A stretch of 64,000 nucleotides of DNA from Chryseobacterium sp. (GTDB lineage Bacteria > Bacteroidota > Bacteroidia > Flavobacteriales > Weeksellaceae): contig JBMDXW010000242.1 of NCBI GenBank assembly GCA_048594965.1, positions 411 through 64,410 on the forward strand, read 5' to 3'. Below, piece by piece: positions 47,084 through 55,648 of the stretch; the first letter of the stretch is position 1, and every line of letters begins with the position of its first letter. The notes under the pieces were generated by a model. The model saw nothing but the letters and a program-made list of their open reading frames with translations. It was not told the DNA's origin and searched no databases. The translations under genes and the position numbers were made by a program.

Positions 47084-47368
47084 TTAAGGCTTTTTTGTCG
47101 GGTTTTGATGCGTGTTGAAAACAGATAGTACAACGATTTTGTTATCAATAATATCAAAAATTATGAGGTAAGGAAATTTTTGTACAAATACTTCTCTATA
47201 ATTTCCTTTAATTTCGAAATGTTTAGGGTTGCTTTTAATTCTAAGAAAGTATTTGCCTAATTGTTTCATGAATTTTTCGCCCAAGCCTGTTTGCGCATTT
47301 TCATAATAAATATAAGCTTCCAGAATTTCTAAACTGGCTTCTTCTTGTACAATTAATTCATAAATCAT
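47084..47368 (-). CDS. Type II toxin, ParE/RelE family
   Basis: 94 aa. EAYIYYE...GLGEKFMKQL...YREVFVQKFPYLIIFDIIDNKIVVLSVFNTHQNP fits the ParE/RelE pattern. Overlaps the upstream small gene by 4 nt (ATGA). Confidence 0.8.
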   Translation of the reverse strand: MIYELIVQEEASLEILEAYIYYENAQTGLGEKFMKQLGKYFLRIKSNPKHFEIKGNYREVFVQKFPYLIIFDIIDNKIVVLSVFNTHQNPTKKP

Positions 47369-47601
47369 TTCAAAGCAGATTTAGCTTTTTCCTTAACTTC
47401 CTCCCAAGTATAAGATTTGCTTTCCCCATTTATATATTTTTCTCTTCTTTCATTTACTACATCATAATGCGAACTTGGAACAGAATAATTATCATCCTCT
47501 TCTTCAGCATCAATAATCCCATTGAAAATGCGTAAAATCCTTTCATCTGCAATATCGATGAATTCATGAATCCTTTTTCTGATGTCTACCGTAGAGTCCA
47601 T
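47365..47601 (-). CDS. Cognate antitoxin (small acidic addiction-module protein)
   Basis: 78 aa, acidic (DAEEEDDNY), immediately upstream of and overlapping the toxin gene. Confidence 0.6.
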   Translation of the reverse strand: MDSTVDIRKRIHEFIDIADERILRIFNGIIDAEEEDDNYSVPSSHYDVVNERREKYINGESKSYTWEEVKEKAKSALK

Positions 47602-47641
47602 TTTCTAAAACTTATATCTATCAAAATTACAAAATTATTTT

Positions 47642-48775
47642 TTACACTTTCTCCAAAACTATGGCCGCATTACACCCTCCAAAACCTGAAGCCGTTTTCA
47701 GAATATATTTAATTTCCGCAGCCTGATTTTGTTTTATAATATTCAAAGGTTGGGAAGTTCCCGCTTCTTTAAAATTTTTAGACGGGATCAGTGTATTATG
47801 TAAAGCAGATTCCATAGAAATAATGCCTTCCAATAAACCGGCAGCACCTAAAGAATGACCATAATAGGCTTTCATACTGTTCAGAGAAACGTGTTGTAAT
47901 TCCATTCGGTTGAAAGCGATGGCTTCCATTTCGTCGTTGTATATTGTAGCTGTTCCGTGGGCTGAAATGAAATCAATCTGTGTGGCAGAAATCTGAGCCT
48001 CTGCCATTGCATTTCTAATGCTTGCAAATAAACCGTCTCCCGTTCTTGATGGTCCGGAAATATGATTGGCATCGTTGATCGCAGAATCTCCTAAAACTTT
48101 AAAACTAAAATTTTCGTTGTTTTTCGGTTCCGAAGTAATGTAAATGGCAGCGGCAGCTTCACCAAGGTTGATGCCATCACGGTTCTTATCGTAAGGTTTG
48201 CAGATCTCCGTTCCGATGGCTTGGAAGGAATTAAAACCTGAAATTACAAACTCTGAAATTTCGTCGCCGGCAATGACAAAAGCATCTTTATATTTTCCGG
48301 ACTGAATCATATTTTTCGCAATACCAATCGCCATTACTCCTGATACGCATGCATTGGAAACAACAATGGGTTTGTTTTTAAATCCAAAAAAATCCGCTAT
48401 TTTTTGAGCTAAATTTGACAGAAATGCACCTTCCGGCAGTGAGGTCTCGTTTTTCAGTAAGCTGATATTCCCTTTTGTCGTTGATAAAATAAAAGCAGTG
48501 GCATCCGAAATAGAATGTCTTTCAACCAATGGTTTCAGGCTTAGCAAAAACATTTTTTCCAGTCTTGTGAAATTCTCATCAACGAAGAATTTTTTAAACT
48601 CCTTTTCCAATTCTTCAGCATCAATCATCGAAGCATAAAACGGCTCCTGATTTTCTATAATTTTATGTAGGGAAACGCCTGACTTTCCTTCTACAAGTGC
48701 ATTCCAATTTGAAGAAACATCAAAACCTAAAGGCGTGATACAATTATAATCCGTAATGTATATTTCCTTTTTCAT
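47642..48775 (-). CDS. Beta-ketoacyl-ACP synthase (complete catalytic triad)
   Basis: VSNACVSGVMAIG, SAHGTATIYND and KAYYGHSLGAAG. ATG at 48775 overlaps the upstream TGA (TGATG); the track's start at 48778 is a GTG. Confidence 0.9.
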   Translation of the reverse strand: MKKEIYITDYNCITPLGFDVSSNWNALVEGKSGVSLHKIIENQEPFYASMIDAEELEKEFKKFFVDENFTRLEKMFLLSLKPLVERHSISDATAFILSTTKGNISLLKNETSLPEGAFLSNLAQKIADFFGFKNKPIVVSNACVSGVMAIGIAKNMIQSGKYKDAFVIAGDEISEFVISGFNSFQAIGTEICKPYDKNRDGINLGEAAAAIYITSEPKNNENFSFKVLGDSAINDANHISGPSRTGDGLFASIRNAMAEAQISATQIDFISAHGTATIYNDEMEAIAFNRMELQHVSLNSMKAYYGHSLGAAGLLEGIISMESALHNTLIPSKNFKEAGTSQPLNIIKQNQAAEIKYILKTASGFGGCNAAIVLEKV

Positions 48776-49197
48776 CACAATCCCATTTTATCTTTCCAGG
48801 CCTGAAAAAACTCCGGATTATACAAACATAAATTATTATCGGAATCCAGAAAAACCTGAACGGTTTCCCCGGAACAGACCAGTTTATTGTCTTCGTTAAA
48901 AAGCTCGTATCTGTAAATTAATTTCGCCGAAGTTGAATTCACAAAAGTCGTCACGATTCTGAAGGTTTCTCCATATTTTAAAGGAAGAAAATGCTCGCAG
49001 GTACTTTTTACAATCGGAGTGACATAACCTGCTTTCTGAATGTCAAGATACGTTAAGCCGTGCTGTCTTCCAAAAGCTTCTCTTCCATCCTCAAAATAAA
49101 CAATGTAATGGCCATGCCATACGATTCCTAATGGATCTGTTTCGTTGAATCTTACGCGAACCTCTTCGGTACAAGTTAAATTTTCTTTAGACTGCAT
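48775..49197 (-). CDS. 4HBT-type acyl-CoA/ACP thioesterase (YbgC-like hotdog)
   Basis: VRVRFNETDPLGIVWHGHYIVYFEDGREAF. Start placed at MQSKENL. Confidence 0.8.
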   Translation of the reverse strand: MQSKENLTCTEEVRVRFNETDPLGIVWHGHYIVYFEDGREAFGRQHGLTYLDIQKAGYVTPIVKSTCEHFLPLKYGETFRIVTTFVNSTSAKLIYRYELFNEDNKLVCSGETVQVFLDSDNNLCLYNPEFFQAWKDKMGL

Positions 49198-50455
49198 TTT
49201 GTTTTCTTTCGTAAAATAAAGCAATGGCGACCATGGCTACATAAAATAAAAATAAGAAAGTAATTTCTTTTGCGATTCCGCCAATTCCGCTGTTCCTTAA
49301 AATAATATCGTAATACGCATTCAGACCCCAGTTCATTGGAGAAAATTTTGCGATCGTCTGCATGAATTCAGGCATCAGGAATACGGGTACCCAGATTCCG
49401 CCAATGGCTGCCAGGACAACGACAGAAGTTGCACCGAAGGGAGCAGACTGCTCCTGCGTGTCAGCAACCGTTCCCAATAAAACACCAAACCCAATCGCTG
49501 CCAAGCCCGCAAAAATAGTCACAACAATGAGCTGAAACATTTTTCCCGTTACGTCAAACTGTGGTAAATCCATATAAGGGAAAAGGTAAATTCCTACGGC
49601 AACCATCAGTAAAAACTGAATGACACAGATGATCAGGTACGTAAATGTTTTCCCTAAAATATGAATGAAATAAGGGGTCGGGCTGATCCTAGCTCTCACA
49701 CTTGTTCCCTGGCTTTTTTCTTTAACTAAATTAATAGACAAAGGGACAACGATGAAGAAAATGGCAAACAATGCCCAAGCCGGAACGTTATGCTGAACAG
49801 AATTTGGCATCACGTCCATTTTTCCCTTTTTCGGAGTGATTTCTTTAAAACTAATCAGGTTTTTATTCTCCGCAAGATTTTCTGTTGTTCCGAGCTGATC
49901 CTGGAAAGCTTTGTAAATCTTTTTATTCTCAATTTCAAAAACCATTTTATTCACCGCATTCATCACATTATTCTTGAATCCGATATTGGTAGCCGGATCA
50001 AAATACAGGTGAATATCTTTCGCTTTTGACATGCTTTTCTTTACCGCAGAAGAATCTGCTTCCAGCCCGAATGAACTTACAATGGCCTGAACTTTAGAAT
50101 CGATATTTGAATTAATATCTTTTGTTAAATTCCTGGGAATGACAATCGCCATCTGGTAATCTCCTCCGAAAACAGCATTCTGGGCCGATTTTTCTGTAAA
50201 ATTCGTCAGAAGCTCAAAGCTTTTGCTGCTTTCAAGCTCCTGCTTTATGCTTTTCGAAACTTCCGATTGATCATTATCAATAAAAATAATCGGAATTTTT
50301 GATCCTTCCAGGTTTTTAAACGTGGAATCCTGAATGAGAGTAATGGTCACGATCAGCAGAAGAGGCATCACGAAAATGATGACGATTCCCCCGATGTCTC
50401 TTTTCAGCAGCAGGATCTCTTTTACGAAACTTCTCCACAATTTATACAACAACAT
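49187..50455 (-). CDS. ABC-2 type transporter permease
   Basis: N-terminal TM segment, a large extracytoplasmic loop, then five C-terminal TM segments. Overlaps the ATPase gene by 14 nt. Confidence 0.8.
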   Translation of the reverse strand: MLLYKLWRSFVKEILLLKRDIGGIVIIFVMPLLLIVTITLIQDSTFKNLEGSKIPIIFIDNDQSEVSKSIKQELESSKSFELLTNFTEKSAQNAVFGGDYQMAIVIPRNLTKDINSNIDSKVQAIVSSFGLEADSSAVKKSMSKAKDIHLYFDPATNIGFKNNVMNAVNKMVFEIENKKIYKAFQDQLGTTENLAENKNLISFKEITPKKGKMDVMPNSVQHNVPAWALFAIFFIVVPLSINLVKEKSQGTSVRARISPTPYFIHILGKTFTYLIICVIQFLLMVAVGIYLFPYMDLPQFDVTGKMFQLIVVTIFAGLAAIGFGVLLGTVADTQEQSAPFGATSVVVLAAIGGIWVPVFLMPEFMQTIAKFSPMNWGLNAYYDIILRNSGIGGIAKEITFLFLFYVAMVAIALFYERKQNAV

Positions 50456-51197
50456 CTCTTAATTCTTTTCCGGTTAATGAAATAAAAACATCCTCAAGAT
50501 TTTCCGCATTGGAAACTCTGTTCACCAGCTCTTCCGGCGTTCCTGCAGCATGGATTTTTCCGTGATCGATAATGGCAATTTTTGTACAGAATTCCTCCGC
50601 TTCCGAAAGGTGATGTGAGGTGTAAATGATACAGGTTCCTTTTTTATTTAAATCTAAAAGATGATCGATGATTGCTTTTTTAGACTGCACATCAACGCCA
50701 ACCGTGGGCTCATCCAGAAACAGAACTTTCGGATTGTGAAGTGTTCCGGCAATCAGGTTGCAACGGCGCTTCATTCCTCCTGAAAACTGTTCTACTTTTT
50801 TATCGGCAAATTTTGATAAACCCATTATTTCTAAAGATTCATCAATTGCGTTCTTTAATTTTTTATGGCTTAAACCATACAGGCTGCCAAAGAACATCAG
50901 GTTTTCTCGGGCCGTTAAAGTTGGGTACAAAGCGTATTCCTGTGGCACAATTCCGATAATCTGCCTTAATTTAAAACCATTTTTCTGAGGCGAAAGTCCG
51001 TCGATTTTAAATTGCCCGGAAGTAGGCTTAATCAATCCCGACAGCATAGAAATCAAGGTGGTTTTCCCGGCTCCGTTTGGGCCGAGGATCCCGTAGATTT
51101 CATTTTTATCGATGCTTAAAGAAATATCATTTACAGAAAAATCTTCTGCATTTTTATATTTCTTGTAGAGGTTTTTTATTTCTATGAAATGTTCCAC
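50442..51197 (-). CDS. ABC transporter ATP-binding protein
   Basis: Walker A GPNGAGKTT, signature FSGGMKRR and Walker B VLFLDEPTVGVD. Confidence 0.92.
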   Translation of the reverse strand: MEHFIEIKNLYKKYKNAEDFSVNDISLSIDKNEIYGILGPNGAGKTTLISMLSGLIKPTSGQFKIDGLSPQKNGFKLRQIIGIVPQEYALYPTLTARENLMFFGSLYGLSHKKLKNAIDESLEIMGLSKFADKKVEQFSGGMKRRCNLIAGTLHNPKVLFLDEPTVGVDVQSKKAIIDHLLDLNKKGTCIIYTSHHLSEAEEFCTKIAIIDHGKIHAAGTPEELVNRVSNAENLEDVFISLTGKELRDVVV

Positions 51198-51198
51198 G

Positions 51199-52194
51199 TT
51201 AGATTGCTTTTCTCAGTTTTTTATAGAAGGCTTCTTCCAGATCTGCAATGTGAAGCATGTTTTTTGACAGCTGGTTGTAGATGTCGCTTTTTGAATTCCG
51301 GTTTTTATAAACTCGGGCAATATCTACGGCAAAATCTCTCCAAAGGTCACCAATCATGGTAATTTCTTTGGAAAGTTCGTTCAATTTTTCATTTTTAAGA
51401 ATAACGGCTGCTTCCTGTAAAAATGCGCCATAAATAAATCTGAAACCGCCACCTCCGGTACCTATTTCTTCCTGCATCCTGATCAGCTGCCCCAAATAGT
51501 GATTGGTTGTTTTTGTGCCTTTTTTGGCTGCCCATTTCGGGATGCTTTTGGCTACCCATCGCATGGCTTTTACCCCAATGATCGGAACAGGAGCCAGCAT
51601 ATTTTTGCAAGTGTCTTTGATTCCTTTTTTAATAGCTTCTTCCAGGTTTACATTTTCAGGAATGTAAGTAGGATAGTACATATGACCTTTCGGAGGAAGC
51701 GCTCCTTTGGCGTACCTTACTTTTTCAAGCTCAGCTTCGGTGAGCGTCGTGACGTAATCCATCACCGGATCGCTGATCAGGAATTTTCCGTTTTCTTTTC
51801 CGTAAACTACGAGATTGTGCGCGTTGAAATGGAATTTATATTCTTCCGGGAAATAAGTCAGGTTAAAAACGCCTACCTGTAAACCCGTCGGAGTATTATT
51901 ATTTAAGTTCCTTTCCAATGCTTTTTGAGCATCAGCTGGATTTGAAAATTTTTCTCTTTTAATTTTAATCCCCAGTCTTTTTGCCGCTTTGCTGAAAATC
52001 GCTCCGGGCATCGGCCGATAGCTGAATCCGGGCGCAAAATTTACTTTTAAAAAAGGGAGATATACAAAGAATAATCCCGAACCGATTCCGAAGATCATGG
52101 GCTCGCTGAGCCTCAACCCTTTGTTTAATAATAAATTGGAAGCAACACCGTTTTCGCAATGCGCAGTCTGATGGTGTTCAAAATTAAGTTTCAT
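51199..52194 (-). CDS. BtrH N-terminal domain-like protein (C39-peptidase-like fold plus DUF4872-like C-terminus)
   Basis: N-terminus FEHHQTAHCENGVASNLL carries the Cys typical of BtrH-like proteins. Its stop lies 1 nt upstream of the ABC ATPase start. Confidence 0.6.
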   Translation of the reverse strand: MKLNFEHHQTAHCENGVASNLLLNKGLRLSEPMIFGIGSGLFFVYLPFLKVNFAPGFSYRPMPGAIFSKAAKRLGIKIKREKFSNPADAQKALERNLNNNTPTGLQVGVFNLTYFPEEYKFHFNAHNLVVYGKENGKFLISDPVMDYVTTLTEAELEKVRYAKGALPPKGHMYYPTYIPENVNLEEAIKKGIKDTCKNMLAPVPIIGVKAMRWVAKSIPKWAAKKGTKTTNHYLGQLIRMQEEIGTGGGGFRFIYGAFLQEAAVILKNEKLNELSKEITMIGDLWRDFAVDIARVYKNRNSKSDIYNQLSKNMLHIADLEEAFYKKLRKAI

Positions 52195-52245
52195 TCTTAG
52201 CTAGATTTAGTAAACCTTCGGGATAGAGATCCAGAAGGTTTTATT

Positions 52246-52650
52246 TTATTTTCCGTTGAAGTTTTTAAGTTCTTCCAAAGAGATGCCAAAAGTATCAGCA
52301 TATTTTTTCAGAACAGAGTCGCTTAGTGTTTTAAATATTTTCGGTTTTCCATGTCTTTTCACCCGCCATTGCCACATTCCTACGTAAGCGGCCAGTACCT
52401 GAAAGTCCATCTTATTCAGTTCCATAAAATAAATGATAGGACTGACTTTATTATCGGCAACATTTTGTCTTGCTTCTTCAATTCTTTCGTGGATCAGCTC
52501 CATCGATTCTTCCAAAGCTGCTTTTTTTGCATCCCATCCGATGCTGTTGGCAGTTGTATAATGATCGTTTTCGTCCGTAACATACAGAACTTCTGTCATG
52601 TTCGCAGACTGCAAATTGCTTTCGTCCTGTGGGAGATCCTGTTTTTTCAT
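52246..52650 (-). CDS. Cytoplasmic hypothetical protein (134 aa)
   Basis: ATG ORF packed in the operon. No signal peptide. No motif recognised. Confidence 0.45.
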   Translation of the reverse strand: MKKQDLPQDESNLQSANMTEVLYVTDENDHYTTANSIGWDAKKAALEESMELIHERIEEARQNVADNKVSPIIYFMELNKMDFQVLAAYVGMWQWRVKRHGKPKIFKTLSDSVLKKYADTFGISLEELKNFNGK

Positions 52651-52655
52651 TCGTA

Positions 52656-53099
52656 TTAGTGTTTTACTTCCTGAATAAACAAATTTATTTCAGCTCTTAT
52701 TAATAATTCATCATGATGAAAAGCTTCACAAAAAATATGGCAGATATTTTCAAATTGAGAGATCAGTGAAGCCTTAGAGATAATCCTGTCACCTACTTTG
52801 GGTAGTGTGAAAACTTCAATTTTTTTTATATTGGTAATAAAACCGATGACCTTTGTATCCGCATCCGGATTTTCAAAGAAGCTTTGACCTAGAATCGAAG
52901 AGCAGGTTTGGGCAAGGTTTTCTATAAGCCCCGCTTCTGAAAACTCATGGTTATGAATAAAAATGTTGTTTTCTTTGATCTCAAAGGAAGTCACCACCTT
53001 TTCTTTAGTCAATTCCAGGATATAATCTGCCATGAGCATCGGCTCACGGTGTGGCAGAAAATTATGTATATTGATGACGTTTTCTTCCTTGATTTCCAT
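52656..53099 (-). CDS. Hotdog-fold dehydratase-like protein
   Basis: LPHREPMLMAD N-terminal motif and the GLIENLAQT region, as in FabZ/ApeI-type dehydratases. Confidence 0.65.
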   Translation of the reverse strand: MEIKEENVINIHNFLPHREPMLMADYILELTKEKVVTSFEIKENNIFIHNHEFSEAGLIENLAQTCSSILGQSFFENPDADTKVIGFITNIKKIEVFTLPKVGDRIISKASLISQFENICHIFCEAFHHDELLIRAEINLFIQEVKH

Positions 53100-53118
53100 G
53101 ATTTACATTTTAGAGATG

Positions 53119-53550
53119 TTATTTCACAACGGTTTTCATCTGGCTGCCCGCAATCACCTCATCATTCAGTCGGGTAACGGTGTCAACTAATGTTACACCC
53201 ATGATCTCACTCAGAATTTTGACTTCCGTGGTTAGAACATCTCCTGTCTTCGGAAGCGTATGGGATTCAAATGATTTTATGGCGCCGATATATCCCGTAG
53301 GAGCTTCTTTTCCCAGAAGATAGAATTTGTATCCGGTATGAAGGGCCACGCTTTGTGCCTGATGCTCGATAAGTCCGGACGCCTGAAAAATTCCGTCCTG
53401 AACAAAAATGTTTTCCTCTTTGATCTTAAATCCTGAAACCAGATGATTTTCAGAATAATCATCTATACGGTCTACCATTACAAATGGCGATCTTTGAGGA
53501 ATAAGGCTTTCCACAAAATCAGGGTCAGAAGATGGCAGTCGGATTTTCAT
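53119..53550 (-). CDS. Hotdog-fold dehydratase-like protein (paralog of the preceding gene)
   Basis: IPQRSPFVMVD and GLIEHQAQS. ATG at 53550 overlaps the darB stop codon (TAATG). Confidence 0.65.
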   Translation of the reverse strand: MKIRLPSSDPDFVESLIPQRSPFVMVDRIDDYSENHLVSGFKIKEENIFVQDGIFQASGLIEHQAQSVALHTGYKFYLLGKEAPTGYIGAIKSFESHTLPKTGDVLTTEVKILSEIMGVTLVDTVTRLNDEVIAGSQMKTVVK

Positions 53551-54689
53551 TAGCAAACGGTTAATAAAGCACAGGAATAGGCAAATCTTCCGCTTTCAGG
53601 AACACAGAGAAGTACTTTTTCTCCTTTTTTCAGTCTGCCGGAGTTCATCAGTTGCTCCAGGGCTATGAAAATAGATCCGGCACCAATGTTTCCTACTTCA
53701 GAAAGGTTATAGAACCATTTTTCCCAAGGGAAATCGAGTCCTACATTGGCAAATTCATTTTTTAAACCTTCTTTAAAATAACCTGACGAAATGTGGGCCA
53801 GCACATGATCGATCGTATTCGGGTCAAGATTGTGTTTGTCGAAAGATGATCTTAAACTTTCGGCACCTTTTACCAGAATATATTTATCTAAAATTTTCGT
53901 ATCCTGCTTTAATGCAAAAATAGATTGCTTCAGCCATTCGTCTGACGGATAATCTGCCCATGATTTTAAGCTTCCGTCTTCCTGCTTTTCGCAACCTGCG
54001 TACATACAGGCTTCTATCTCGTGAGCATAAGAATAAAAATCAATGAATTCGATCTTCAAAGAAACTTCGTTCTCTCTTGGCTTATTTTCCAATAGGAAAG
54101 CACCGGCTCCGTCAGAAAGCATCCATCTCAGGAATTCTCTTTTGAAGGCGATAATAGGTCTTTCTTCCAGAAGGGCCAGGTTTTCTGCCTCGTGGTTGAA
54201 TTTGTCTGCCGTCATCCATGCAGACATTCTTTCGGACCCTAAGCATACTGCATTGTTGTGCACCCCTGCTTTTACGGAAAGAAATCCGTAATTAAGAGCA
54301 TTCATCCCGGAATTACAAAGACCTGTCGCGGTATTGATCGCCAGAGGTTTGTTGATTTCAAGCTCACCATGAATCATGGAAGCATGGGAAGGCTGGATCT
54401 GGTCAGGAGAAGATGTTCCTACCGAAAGGAGTTCCATATCCTCTTTTCTGAATTTATCATCAAAAAGCTGCTTCACTGCATTGGCTGCAATCTGAGCATT
54501 GGTATGAGTAGGATTTCCTTCTTTGTCTAAAGCATAATATCGCGTCGTGATTTTATTGTTTCTTAAAATTAGTGCTTTAGCTTTAGATTTTGCGTCATTT
54601 ATATAACCAAGATACGTTTCCATTTCATCATTAGAAACCGGGTCATTCGGCAGGTATGTTGATGCTTTTGTTATAAATACGTCGTACAT
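53550..54689 (-). CDS. darB: KAS III-type ketosynthase, dialkylresorcinol-forming DarB
   Basis: Nucleophile region ATGLCNSGMNAL, HVLAHISSGY and EVGNIGAGSIF (Cys-His-Asn). Immediately downstream of darA. Confidence 0.8.
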   Translation of the reverse strand: MYDVFITKASTYLPNDPVSNDEMETYLGYINDAKSKAKALILRNNKITTRYYALDKEGNPTHTNAQIAANAVKQLFDDKFRKEDMELLSVGTSSPDQIQPSHASMIHGELEINKPLAINTATGLCNSGMNALNYGFLSVKAGVHNNAVCLGSERMSAWMTADKFNHEAENLALLEERPIIAFKREFLRWMLSDGAGAFLLENKPRENEVSLKIEFIDFYSYAHEIEACMYAGCEKQEDGSLKSWADYPSDEWLKQSIFALKQDTKILDKYILVKGAESLRSSFDKHNLDPNTIDHVLAHISSGYFKEGLKNEFANVGLDFPWEKWFYNLSEVGNIGAGSIFIALEQLMNSGRLKKGEKVLLCVPESGRFAYSCALLTVC

Positions 54690-54690
54690 T

Positions 54691-55605
54691 CTATTTTATA
54701 TTAATTCCTTGTAAATATTCTCTTTGTTTTTTTCTTTTAAACCAAAAGATAGGTGTTGTAAGCAAATGTAAAACCAAAACAATTGGTGAGATAATCCAGA
54801 TTGCAGCCATCAAATATACCTTAAAGAATTTGATCAGCAAAGGTCGCTTTTCTTTTTTCCTGATAATGAGGTTGGACCAGACTTTGAAAATTTTGTTTCC
54901 TACTTTTTCCACCCGTACCAGGAAGGCTCTGATTTCTACCGCGCCGTGCTTTACGAGGTCGGGCTGTAGCATTTCCAGTGTATTTTCTGAAAAATGCTTT
55001 TCAATAATCCTTCCGTATTTTGAAGATTCGCTGATCTCCTCATCCGAAACACCCGCCGCAGGAAGCATTCCGGATTTTTCCTTCTTTCCGGTGGTCATCC
55101 AGCGGAGAATTGTCAGTACACTGGTGTAATTGTCATGCCGGTCTACAAGGGCAATATTTCCCACCAGCCTGGCCTGCATCTGTTTTAAATATACTTTCAG
55201 TTTTTCCTGGGAAAACATCCACATATTTCTCGTTCCTGAAATCGTAACTACGGGCGTGTCTTTCAGTATATTTTCTGCAAAACCACTTTTCAGGAATGAA
55301 ATGATCGGAATGGAAGGCGTAAGGTACCACACCTGATATCCGAAAAGAACCAAATCAAACTTTTTATTCAGGACTTCTTCCGGTGGCGGAAGAATCTCGC
55401 TCGGAACCTGAAGGTAAGATTCAGGAAACGTATTGAAAAATACATCACCCGACCAGGGAAAAGGAAAGTCCTTTTTCAGCCTGATGTTGTAGTAGGTGAC
55501 GTCATATTGTTCACTTTTTTCCTCAAACGGGCGGGCAATATTTTTTACGATATCTTCCAGCTGTCCGGATTGAGTGTAGTATATAACAAGTATATTTTTT
55601 TTCAT
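54691..55605 (-). CDS. darA: Dialkylresorcinol condensing enzyme DarA
   Basis: Flavodoxin-like start MKKNILVIYYTQSGQL and a C-terminal hydrophobic anchor. About 300 aa, with the conserved position directly upstream of darB. Confidence 0.75.
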   Translation of the reverse strand: MKKNILVIYYTQSGQLEDIVKNIARPFEEKSEQYDVTYYNIRLKKDFPFPWSGDVFFNTFPESYLQVPSEILPPPEEVLNKKFDLVLFGYQVWYLTPSIPIISFLKSGFAENILKDTPVVTISGTRNMWMFSQEKLKVYLKQMQARLVGNIALVDRHDNYTSVLTILRWMTTGKKEKSGMLPAAGVSDEEISESSKYGRIIEKHFSENTLEMLQPDLVKHGAVEIRAFLVRVEKVGNKIFKVWSNLIIRKKEKRPLLIKFFKVYLMAAIWIISPIVLVLHLLTTPIFWFKRKKQREYLQGINIK

Positions 55606-55648
55606 TAATTCTTTTTATCCGTTTACAAAAATATGCTTTTCATATTTA

